From the UHGV virus genome UHGV-0205084: a DNA stretch of 5,181 nt; one strand, 5' to 3'. The notes under the pieces were generated by a model. It saw nothing but the letters and a program-made list of their open reading frames with translations, was not told where the DNA came from and searched no databases. A program made the position numbers and the translations under genes. Below are positions 1-5,181 of the stretch, in pieces. The number at the start of each line of letters is the position of its first letter. Within the stretch, counting starts at the first letter, position 1. The stretch comes from a virus.

Positions 1-939
1 ATGCTATGTGTTAACCAAATACAAGTTCTGAATCCCAAGACGGGTAAATTTATTAAAGTCCCTTGTGGTACTTGTTACGCTTGTCAAAGTAATAAGCGCT
101 CGTCCTGGATGTTCCGTAATACGGTTGAACTAGAGTACTCACAGAGTGCGTTCTTCTGTACTCTTACATACAATGATACTGCCTTGCTGGGTCTTCCGTA
201 TCACGCTTCTTCTCAACTGCGAATGCCCTTGAAATATCATTATCAACGCTGGCTTAAGCGCTTGCGTAAAGCGTTACAGCCTGCTAAAGTTCGGTATTTC
301 TTGTGCCACGAGTATGGCGATGAGTCTCTACGTCCTCACTATCACGTTATACTGTATTTAGATCGGTCTATGTCTCTCACAGATATGCGCCGTCTTATAT
401 CTGATACTTGGACTAATGGTAATATACAGTGTGATTATGTTACCCCTGCTAGGATACATTATCTATCTAAGTACGTTACTAAGCAGTTCCGCAACGTGAA
501 AGTATCTGGTCGCTCAGTCGATTATATATTTAATCATGTGTGGGCAAATAGAGCTCTTCAGCATCGTTATATAGTCGAATTCTACCTCAAAAAGTTCTCG
601 TTTGTTGTAGCAAGTCAAGGCTTAGGTTGTCAGCTCCTGCGGGAGCCTGCTTTTATACGCTGGTTTTGGGATCACCTAGAGCCAGGTGAATCGTATCCTA
701 CTTATGTTATCGGAGGTCACTCCTATACGCTACCACGTATCTATTTGAAAAAGCTAGTGCCAGAGATATGGCGCGAAGCTATTACCCCCGATATATCGCC
801 CGAGGCTAAATATGCCCGTATGTCTGATATCGCGTCTGACGCTAATTTAACCGTAAAACAGTATGTGGAAAATGCGCGCTACATACAAGACCGTAAGTCT
901 ACCATTATCCGCGCTAATAACAAAAAATCCCCTTTGTAA
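1..939 (+). CDS. Replication initiation protein (Microviridae VP4 / phiX174 gene A-like superfamily I rolling-circle endonuclease)
   Basis: The 312-aa ORF carries a zinc-finger-like CGTCYAC (aa 22-28, nt 64-84), RCR motif 1 FFCTLTY (aa 51-57, nt 151-171) and HUH motif 2 HYHVILY (aa 113-119, nt 337-357). Motif 3 YLSKYVTK (aa 154-161, nt 460-483) has two tyrosines in the Y-x-x-K-Y-x-x-K arrangement seen in phiX174 gpA (YVAKYVNK). The ATG is at window position 1, so in a circular genome the upstream context lies at the window end. Confidence 0.9.
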   Translation: MLCVNQIQVLNPKTGKFIKVPCGTCYACQSNKRSSWMFRNTVELEYSQSAFFCTLTYNDTALLGLPYHASSQLRMPLKYHYQRWLKRLRKALQPAKVRYFLCHEYGDESLRPHYHVILYLDRSMSLTDMRRLISDTWTNGNIQCDYVTPARIHYLSKYVTKQFRNVKVSGRSVDYIFNHVWANRALQHRYIVEFYLKKFSFVVASQGLGCQLLREPAFIRWFWDHLEPGESYPTYVIGGHSYTLPRIYLKKLVPEIWREAITPDISPEAKYARMSDIASDANLTVKQYVENARYIQDRKSTIIRANNKKSPL

Positions 940-941
940 CT

Positions 942-1070
942 ATGAAGTTATCAAATCGCAAAGTCGGTTTCTTCGCTAGGTTGCGTAAGTTCCGAATCCC
1001 TGTGCTACTGCTATTGCTGGCAGTGGTTGTTGTCTGTGTTGCTTTCGGATGGTTTTCCTTTTTAGTCTAG
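942..1070 (+). CDS. Small hypothetical protein (42 aa): basic N-terminal 18 residues followed by a 22-residue hydrophobic helix, MKLSNRKVGFFARLRKFRIPVLLLLLAVVVVCVAFGWFSFLV. Candidate membrane/lysis protein or J/ORF8-like basic DNA-binding protein
   Basis: Not in the supplied ORF track (probably below its length cutoff). I translated it by hand: ATG at 942 is 2 nt after the Rep stop (937-939), and stop TAG at 1068-1070 is 6 nt before the next ATG at 1077. It therefore fills the Rep-to-ORF132 gap exactly, in a genome where every other gene is similarly abutted. It has 7 K/R in the first 18 residues, then a poly-Leu/Val segment of transmembrane length. Confidence 0.45.
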   Translation: MKLSNRKVGFFARLRKFRIPVLLLLLAVVVVCVAFGWFSFLV

Positions 1071-1076
1071 TATCTT

Positions 1077-1475
1077 ATGAACACTTGTAAGTATCGAAAT
1101 AATCCGTTTAATATACGGTATAATCCCGATAACAATTGGAAAGGTCAGACAGAGCCAAAGAATGGTTTCTGTCAATTTTCGGAGCTAAAGTACGGAGTTC
1201 GTGCCGCTTTTATTCTTGTCTATAACTATCGTAATCTTCACGACGCAAAAACACCTCGTGATATAATACGATATTGGGCACCGAAAGAAGATGGTAATGA
1301 TACCGCTGCTTATATATCCTTTGTCTCTCAGTTGTTGAATGAAGATGAGGATATAAATACTACCCTCGAGTATGTCGTTTTGCTGTACTCGATGTGGCAC
1401 GTTGAACAAGGTTGGACTCCTAGTATTTGGGAGTTTGCCCGCCTACTGAATTACTCACTTATTGAAGATCTATAA
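1077..1475 (+). CDS. Hypothetical accessory protein (132 aa), function unknown. N-terminal motif NPFNIRYNPDNNWKGQ (aa 9-24), basic N-half and acidic C-half
   Basis: An ORF with ATG start lying between Rep and VP1 on the coding strand. Its stop at 1473-1475 is 3 nt before the VP1 ATG at 1479. This position corresponds to the variable VP5/ORF8 region of gokushovirus genomes. I cannot place the sequence in a family from memory. Confidence 0.6.
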   Translation: MNTCKYRNNPFNIRYNPDNNWKGQTEPKNGFCQFSELKYGVRAAFILVYNYRNLHDAKTPRDIIRYWAPKEDGNDTAAYISFVSQLLNEDEDINTTLEYVVLLYSMWHVEQGWTPSIWEFARLLNYSLIEDL

Positions 1476-1478
1476 ACT

Positions 1479-3389
1479 ATGCCAAACCTAACTAAGTATT
1501 CACTTGACCACGAAGTTCGGTCGAGTTTTGAAATGGGTCAACTCATCCCATTTTTGTGCCAAGAGGTTGTACCAGGCGATAAGTATCGCGTGCAGTCTAG
1601 TACGCTCGTGCGTCTCCAGCCTATGTTATCCCCGCTGATGCATAGACTTGATTACTATCAAAGGTACTATTATGTGCCTTATCGTCTTCTCATACCTAAC
1701 TATGAGCAGTTACTGACAGATCCCGATAGTGGTAACACTGTTCCAGGTATGGATAAGTATCTACAATATACTGCGCATACCCTAAAGGATTTGTTCCTTG
1801 AAAAACCTCTGTTGGAGTATTTTGGTCTTGCATCGTCATTAGATGGTACTCACCCCGATAATGTGATTAAGGATCTTAATGCTACTCCTCTACTTGCTTA
1901 TTACCTTATATATAATCATTATTATATGAGGTCAGACCTTGATAAGCGTTATATTGACCAATTGCGCCCCGAAAACTTTACTAGTGCTGAGTTGCGCAAA
2001 TACATTGGTAATGTGATGTACGTTAATGAAGGACTTGATTATTTTACTTCTGCTAAGACTTCCACGCAGTACGGCAATATGGTACAGTTGGATATGGACG
2101 GCAATAATACCATTACTGTTCCTGAGATGCGTCTCGCTGAGCGTTTGCAGTCTTTCCGAGAGAGGTTGTTGAGAGTTGGTGGTAAGTACGTGAATTATAT
2201 TAAGGAGTTCTTCGGAGTCGAACCCCTTGACGCGAGAGTGCAAATACCTAAGTATCTAGGTGGTGACTCTTACGTGCTTAATGTGTCAGATGTTGACCAG
2301 ACAGCTCCCTCTGAACTTGGTTCAGTTGGTGAGAGTTATGGTAAGTCAGTGTCTGTTAATCGTACGGGTCAGATTCAATATGACGTTTACGAGCATGGTC
2401 TTATTATTGGTCTTCACTTTGTGCGCCCCCGTCCGTCAAATATAGGTGGCTGTCCTAAGCTATTTACTAGACGTACGTATTTTGATTTCTTCAATCCTCA
2501 CTTCTCCGCCTTGGGTTATCAAGAGATACAGGCGCGTGAACTTGATGTTGCACGACCAAAAGATGAAGCTTTCGGGTATGTACCGAGGTATGACGAGTAT
2601 CGTTATGGTAATGATATAGTTTCAGGTGATTTCAAGCGGTCTCTTGATTATTGGCATATGTCTAGAGATATAAGTAAGGAGAAGCTATCAGTTGACTTTG
2701 TGACTTGTCACCCAGATAATCGTGTGTTCTCGTTTCAAAATTCTAGGCCAGATCTTTGTCGTATTCAGATGACTGGTAATATCATTGGTGTTGGTGCTGT
2801 TGGTACTTCGAAGTTCTTGCTAGATGGTTATGCTTGGATTCCAAAGAGTGCTTTGACGCAAGGTTCTGATATCATGTTCTCTATTTCTAAGGAATCTATA
2901 GCTAATGATTCTAAGTTATTATTTATGGGTAAACTCTCATCTTTTCAAGATGTTGATAGTGTTAGTTTAGTTCCTGGTCGAGTTGATCAAGACTCATTAT
3001 TTTTTAATACCTGGACTAAAGGTACTGATGTGTCTAATCGGTTTGATTTGGATAGAAATACTATCATTGAGATTCACGAAGATGATTATTCAAGTAGAGC
3101 TTCATTAGGTTCTTTATCTTATATTTCCTTTGGTGGTGAGACTTATCCGTTTTTGCTTGATGTTCGTAAGACTATACAGTTAACTAATGCGATGGATTCC
3201 TCTTCTATTGCTATTTTTAATGATGGCGAGAATGGTTTTAAGCAATTAGTTTCTTTTCCTCTAGGGTTTTATACTCTTATGCCTTATGATACTGCTAAGC
3301 CTATGGATAATCACGTATTGTCTGTGACTTACAATAATGTGGACGTATTGCGTCCTCTAGCTCGTTATGACGGTAATGTGTTAAGATGA
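1479..3389 (+). CDS. Major capsid protein VP1 (phiX174 F-like) of Microviridae
   Basis: The 636-aa ORF has an N-terminal region (...FEMGQLIPFLCQEVVPGDKYRVQSSTLVRLQPMLSPLMHRLDYYQRYYYVPYRLL, aa 17-71, with the PGD at aa 32-34) that matches the conserved N-terminal beta-strand region of gokushovirus VP1. Size and position (immediately upstream of VP2) fit as well. Confidence 0.88.
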   Translation: MPNLTKYSLDHEVRSSFEMGQLIPFLCQEVVPGDKYRVQSSTLVRLQPMLSPLMHRLDYYQRYYYVPYRLLIPNYEQLLTDPDSGNTVPGMDKYLQYTAHTLKDLFLEKPLLEYFGLASSLDGTHPDNVIKDLNATPLLAYYLIYNHYYMRSDLDKRYIDQLRPENFTSAELRKYIGNVMYVNEGLDYFTSAKTSTQYGNMVQLDMDGNNTITVPEMRLAERLQSFRERLLRVGGKYVNYIKEFFGVEPLDARVQIPKYLGGDSYVLNVSDVDQTAPSELGSVGESYGKSVSVNRTGQIQYDVYEHGLIIGLHFVRPRPSNIGGCPKLFTRRTYFDFFNPHFSALGYQEIQARELDVARPKDEAFGYVPRYDEYRYGNDIVSGDFKRSLDYWHMSRDISKEKLSVDFVTCHPDNRVFSFQNSRPDLCRIQMTGNIIGVGAVGTSKFLLDGYAWIPKSALTQGSDIMFSISKESIANDSKLLFMGKLSSFQDVDSVSLVPGRVDQDSLFFNTWTKGTDVSNRFDLDRNTIIEIHEDDYSSRASLGSLSYISFGGETYPFLLDVRKTIQLTNAMDSSSIAIFNDGENGFKQLVSFPLGFYTLMPYDTAKPMDNHVLSVTYNNVDVLRPLARYDGNVLR

Positions 3390-3395
3390 TAAGTT

Positions 3396-4430
3396 ATGGA
3401 TCCCGTTACTATTGCAGGTCTTGCAGGTGCAGGCGCTAGTCTTGTCGGAGGTCTTATAAATAATGCTTGGTCTGATGCTCGTACAGAGAAACAGTACAGG
3501 CAAATGAATGAGATGCAAGATAAGATGAACGCATATAATGCGCCCGTTGCTCAAATGGCTCGCTTGCGTGCGGCTGGATTGAATCCTAATCTTGTGTATG
3601 CGAATGGTGGTGCTGTTATGCAGTCCGCTGTCGGTAATGCTCCGAACCCTCCTAACTCTGCCCCGATTGACACTCAGGGAGTGTTACAGATGGTGCAGAC
3701 GATTGTCGGTGGTATGCTAGAAAAGGATAAGATACAAGCTCAGAAAGATATGCAGTCAGAGCAGATTACTGCTAATAAGGATTTGCAGACTGAGAAGATT
3801 ACTGCCGATAAGGATATGCAGTCTACTCAGATTGGTGCAACTAAGGATTTACAGACTGAGCAGATTACTGCTAATAAAGAGATGCAAAAAACTCAGATTG
3901 ATTCAACTGAAAAGATTGCTTCTGAGAATCGTGCTGAAAACGCTCGTCAGTTTGATTTGTCTTTTGAACAGCAGAAGCGTGTTGATGCTATGCGTTTATC
4001 TATTGATAGGAGTTTGGCAAATTCTCAAATAGCTTTGCATTCTTCTCAAATTGAGATTAATCGTTTGTCTGCTAATTTGTCTCGCCAGCTTGAACCTTTT
4101 TTGGTTGATAAGGCTAAGTTAGATTCTTTGTCTTCTCAGTTTTCTTTTAGTAATGAAAAGTTAGAGACTTTTCTTTCTCGTCCGTATGAGATTTCAGTTA
4201 CTGATTTAGAGAACGCTTATAAAGATGCTGGTTTGTCTGTTCCTAGTGCTTTTGGATTGTCTCAAATGGTAGATTATCATAATGAGGCCGTTAAAGCTTG
4301 GAATCAAGAAGTTAAAACTAATAGGACAAAACTTTCTGATGATGAGTTTTATTCTGGTTGGATGCATCTTTGGAATGCTATTTCTGCTCCTACTCAGATG
4401 GCTACTTCTTTGCTTTTCAAGAAGAAGTAG
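3396..4430 (+). CDS. Minor capsid / DNA pilot protein VP2 (phiX174 H-like)
   Basis: The N-terminus is Gly/Ala-rich and hydrophobic (AGLAGAGASLVGGLI, aa 7-21). The hallmark AQMARLRAAGLNPNLVY (AAGLNP at aa 59-64, nt 3570-3587) is found in Microviridae VP2 proteins. A central tandem 11-aa repeat predicted to form a coiled coil resembles the phiX174 H tube domain. The ORF sits immediately downstream of VP1. Confidence 0.8.
   Translation: MDPVTIAGLAGAGASLVGGLINNAWSDARTEKQYRQMNEMQDKMNAYNAPVAQMARLRAAGLNPNLVYANGGAVMQSAVGNAPNPPNSAPIDTQGVLQMVQTIVGGMLEKDKIQAQKDMQSEQITANKDLQTEKITADKDMQSTQIGATKDLQTEQITANKEMQKTQIDSTEKIASENRAENARQFDLSFEQQKRVDAMRLSIDRSLANSQIALHSSQIEINRLSANLSRQLEPFLVDKAKLDSLSSQFSFSNEKLETFLSRPYEISVTDLENAYKDAGLSVPSAFGLSQMVDYHNEAVKAWNQEVKTNRTKLSDDEFYSGWMHLWNAISAPTQMATSLLFKKK
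3747..3911 (+). repeat. Five tandem 33-nt repeats (hendecad 11-aa units DMQSEQITANK / DLQTEKITADK / DMQSTQIGATK / DLQTEQITANK / EMQKTQIDSTE) inside VP2, with degenerate flanking copies extending to about 3723..3941
   Basis: Direct reading. Units are 3747-3779, 3780-3812, 3813-3845, 3846-3878 and 3879-3911. Unit 1 and unit 4 are 28/33 nt identical. Odd and even units alternate (gatatgcagtc... versus gatttgcagactgag...), which suggests a duplicated 66-nt higher-order unit. Confidence 0.9.
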
Positions 4431-4462
4431 TATATTTGCCTTGTACTAATCAATTTAAGTGT

Positions 4463-4603
4463 ATGAATATATTTATCAACTATGTTCTTTATCCCTTGTT
4501 GGTGATATTTTGGTTCCTTGTATTCGTATGGCTTGTTTTGCTTCTTGCAAGGTCTATATGTCGTATTATTAAACAATTTCGTAATGGAAAAGAGAAGTTA
4601 TAA
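4463..4603 (+). CDS. Small hypothetical membrane protein (46 aa): MNIFINYVLYPLLVIFWFLVFVWLVLLLARSICRIIKQFRNGKEKL. One transmembrane helix followed by a basic C-terminal tail. Candidate lysis/holin-like protein
   Basis: First ATG after the VP2 stop (4428-4430) in the frame that the track lists as 4358..4603. It occupies the otherwise unexplained 150-nt VP2-VP3 gap and overlaps the VP3-like start by about 20 nt. Caveat: the region is T-rich, so hydrophobic translations appear in more than one frame. Confidence 0.35.
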   Translation: MNIFINYVLYPLLVIFWFLVFVWLVLLLARSICRIIKQFRNGKEKL

Positions 4604-4880
4604 GTATGTGGCTCGTGTGCCACAGAGTGTAGTGTCTGACACTTTACCGAATCAGACTGTAGACTTGTCTGTACTTGTTAAGCAGTTAATGGACGGTCAA
4701 GCACTTAATGTTGGATTATCATTGTCTGAGGACACTTCGGACACTCTAGACACTCCAGATATTACTAAGTATGATTTCCGTCATATGACAGTATCTGATG
4801 TAGATAATCTATTGTCTAAGGTTCAGCCGGTGCAGGTTGATGTGCCAGCTGAGACCGGTACGGCTCCCGTAGCCGATTGA
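4584..4880 (+). CDS. Putative internal scaffolding protein (VP3-like), acidic, 98 aa from ATG 4584. The track's longer version starts at TTG 4518
   Basis: Position after VP2 matches the gokushovirus VP1-VP2-VP3 order. It is acidic (D/E-rich: SEDTSDTLDTPDITKYDF...), as scaffolding proteins are. The first in-frame ATG is at 4584 (MEKRSYKYVARV...), whereas the track start at 4518 is a TTG. I do not recognise any sequence motif, so the call rests on position and composition only. Confidence 0.4.
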   Translation: MEKRSYKYVARVPQSVVSDTLPNQTVDLSVLVKQLMDGQALNVGLSLSEDTSDTLDTPDITKYDFRHMTVSDVDNLLSKVQPVQVDVPAETGTAPVAD

Positions 4881-4890
4881 TATTAATGGG
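4875..4890 (+). promoter_or_regulatory. Candidate (+)-strand replication origin nick site: gattgatattaatggg contains TTGATATTAAT, identical to the core of the phiX174 gpA cleavage site (CAACTTG^ATATTAATAAC)
   Basis: Exact 11-nt identity at 4877-4887 to the phiX174 origin as I remember it. It overlaps the VP3-like stop codon (TGA 4878-4880) and sits at the 5' edge of the structured intergenic region. The predicted nick would fall between G4879 and A4880. Confidence 0.4.
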
Positions 4891-4989
4891 TGCGGGGGCT
4901 GATGGCTTGTCCATTGCCCCCCTCACCTCTTTTGAGGTGGGGGCAATGGCATTTTGCCGAACCAGTCCTTCGGACTGCCCCCCCGCCCG
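4888..4989 (+). repeat. GC-rich island with nested inverted repeats built from four homopolymer tracts: G5 (4894-4898), C6 (4917-4922), G5 (4939-4943) and C7 (4978-4984). An outer imperfect stem (gggtgcgggggc 4888-4899 with gcccccccgcccg 4977-4989) encloses the 4911-4949 hairpin and a 6-bp hairpin cagtcc-ttc-ggactg (4963-4977)
   Basis: Direct reading. About 10 of 12 positions of the outer arms are complementary. The G and C tracts can also pair in the alternative register G5(4894) with C6(4917) and G5(4939) with C7(4978). Confidence 0.6.
4911..4956 (+). terminator. GC-rich hairpin (16 bp with a 3-nt bulge, TTTT loop) followed by cATTTTg. Possible intrinsic terminator after the VP3-like gene and/or ssDNA structural element
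   Basis: Left arm ccattgcccccctcacctc (4911-4929), loop tttt (4930-4933), right arm gaggtgggggcaatgg (4934-4949), T-run 4952-4955. Pairing was verified base by base. Confidence 0.45.
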
Positions 4990-5009
4990 TTAATTATCAC
5001 GAGAGAGCA

Positions 5010-5040
5010 GGCGATTACTCTTACTTGACATGTAATCGCC
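5010..5040 (+). promoter_or_regulatory. Perfect 9-bp inverted repeat ggcgattac / gtaatcgcc with a 13-nt loop tcttacttgacat carrying a consensus -35 hexamer TTGACA (5025-5030). Possible Rep promoter or operator element
   Basis: Arms are 5010-5018 and 5032-5040, verified base by base. No well-spaced TATAAT follows; the nearest -10-like hexamers are tgtaat at 5031-5036 (wrong spacing) and tatatt at 5061-5066. The promoter role is therefore tentative. Confidence 0.3.
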
Positions 5041-5181
5041 AAGTGACACCACGATACAAATATATTGTGGTGTTGTCTCTCTAAATAATTTGTAGTACAT
5101 TTGTGCCAGAGCTAGGTAACAATTCATTCTTAAATTTATTGATGCCTGCTTTTGGACTAAACGTATAACTCATTCTGACAA

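Noticed and set aside
1185-1409. 74-aa ORF on the minus strand inside the 132-aa ORF
   Set aside because: It is antisense to a + strand gene. Microviridae package and transcribe a single strand and all recognisable genes here are on +. No motif was seen, so it is most likely a chance ORF in AT-rich sequence.
1932-2243. 103-aa minus-strand ORF inside VP1
   Set aside because: It is antisense to the highly confident capsid gene and no features were seen. It is probably spurious.
2260-2445. 61-aa + strand ORF in the +1 frame inside VP1 (Leu-rich, GTG start)
   Set aside because: I considered an E-like overlapping lysis gene, as in phiX174 D/E. The start is a non-ATG GTG and there is no clear transmembrane helix plus charged-tail architecture. 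A Leu-rich out-of-frame translation of a T-rich coding region is expected by chance. It could be revisited if the frame is conserved in relatives.
3832-4032. 66-aa + strand ORF overlapping the VP2 repeat region
   Set aside because: It is an alternative-frame read of the 33-nt tandem repeat, giving a periodic L/R/K-rich peptide. It is a by-product of the repeat, not an independent gene.
4358-4462. 5' extension of the small transmembrane ORF back into VP2 (track ORF 4358..4603)
   Set aside because: The upstream ATG at 4358 lies inside the VP2 coding region in another frame. The first ATG after the VP2 stop (4463) gives a cleaner, self-contained 46-aa membrane peptide.
4394-4576. 60-aa lysine-rich minus-strand ORF that looked like a J-like basic DNA-binding protein
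   Set aside because: It is on the wrong strand for a microvirus gene. The basic composition is explained by reading an A/T-rich segment antisense (AAA/AAG codons).
4888-4943. G-quadruplex potential in the G-runs of the GC island
   Set aside because: Only two G tracts of 3 or more lie close together on the same strand (4888-4890, 4894-4898), and the next (4939-4943) is 40 nt away. Canonical hairpin pairing with the C-tracts is a far better explanation.
4890-5084. 64-aa Pro-rich ORF (GTG start) across the GC-rich hairpin island
   Set aside because: The proline richness comes from the C-tracts of the hairpins, the start is non-canonical, and the region is better explained as structured non-coding DNA (origin or terminator).
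5139-5169. Possible sigma70-like promoter (ttgatg, 19-nt spacer, tataac) just upstream of the circular junction and the Rep ATG
   Set aside because: It matches only 4/6 and 5/6 with non-optimal 19-nt spacing. It cannot be distinguished from chance in AT-rich DNA without transcript mapping.

Overview
The window reads as a complete or near-complete genome (5181 nt) of a small ssDNA phage of the family Microviridae with gokushovirus-like architecture. All genes are on the + strand and tightly packed. In order they are: a rolling-circle Rep (VP4-like, 1..939); an unlisted 42-codon ORF that exactly fills the gap after Rep (942..1070; basic N-terminus plus one transmembrane helix); a 132-aa accessory ORF of unknown function (1077..1475); the major capsid protein VP1 (1479..3389); and the DNA-pilot/minor capsid protein VP2 (3396..4430). 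VP2 carries five tandem 33-nt (11-aa hendecad) repeats. After VP2 come an unlisted 46-codon transmembrane ORF (4463..4603) and an acidic VP3-like putative scaffolding ORF (4584..4880, alternative TTG start 4518). The genome ends in a roughly 300-nt structured non-coding region. The first nucleotide of the window is the Rep ATG, so the non-coding region at 4881..5181 is most likely the Rep-upstream intergenic region of a circular genome. The most interesting unexplained signals are these: an exact 11-nt match (TTGATATTAAT, 4877..4887) to the nick-site core of the phiX174 origin, sitting next to a GC-rich island of nested hairpins (4888..4989) in an otherwise AT-rich genome; and two small single-helix membrane ORFs that are candidates for the unidentified gokushovirus lysis function. 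Nothing here could be confirmed by search or alignment. Product calls rest on motifs I recognise by eye: Rep motifs 1-3, the VP2 AAGLNP motif, and the VP1 N-terminal PGD region.
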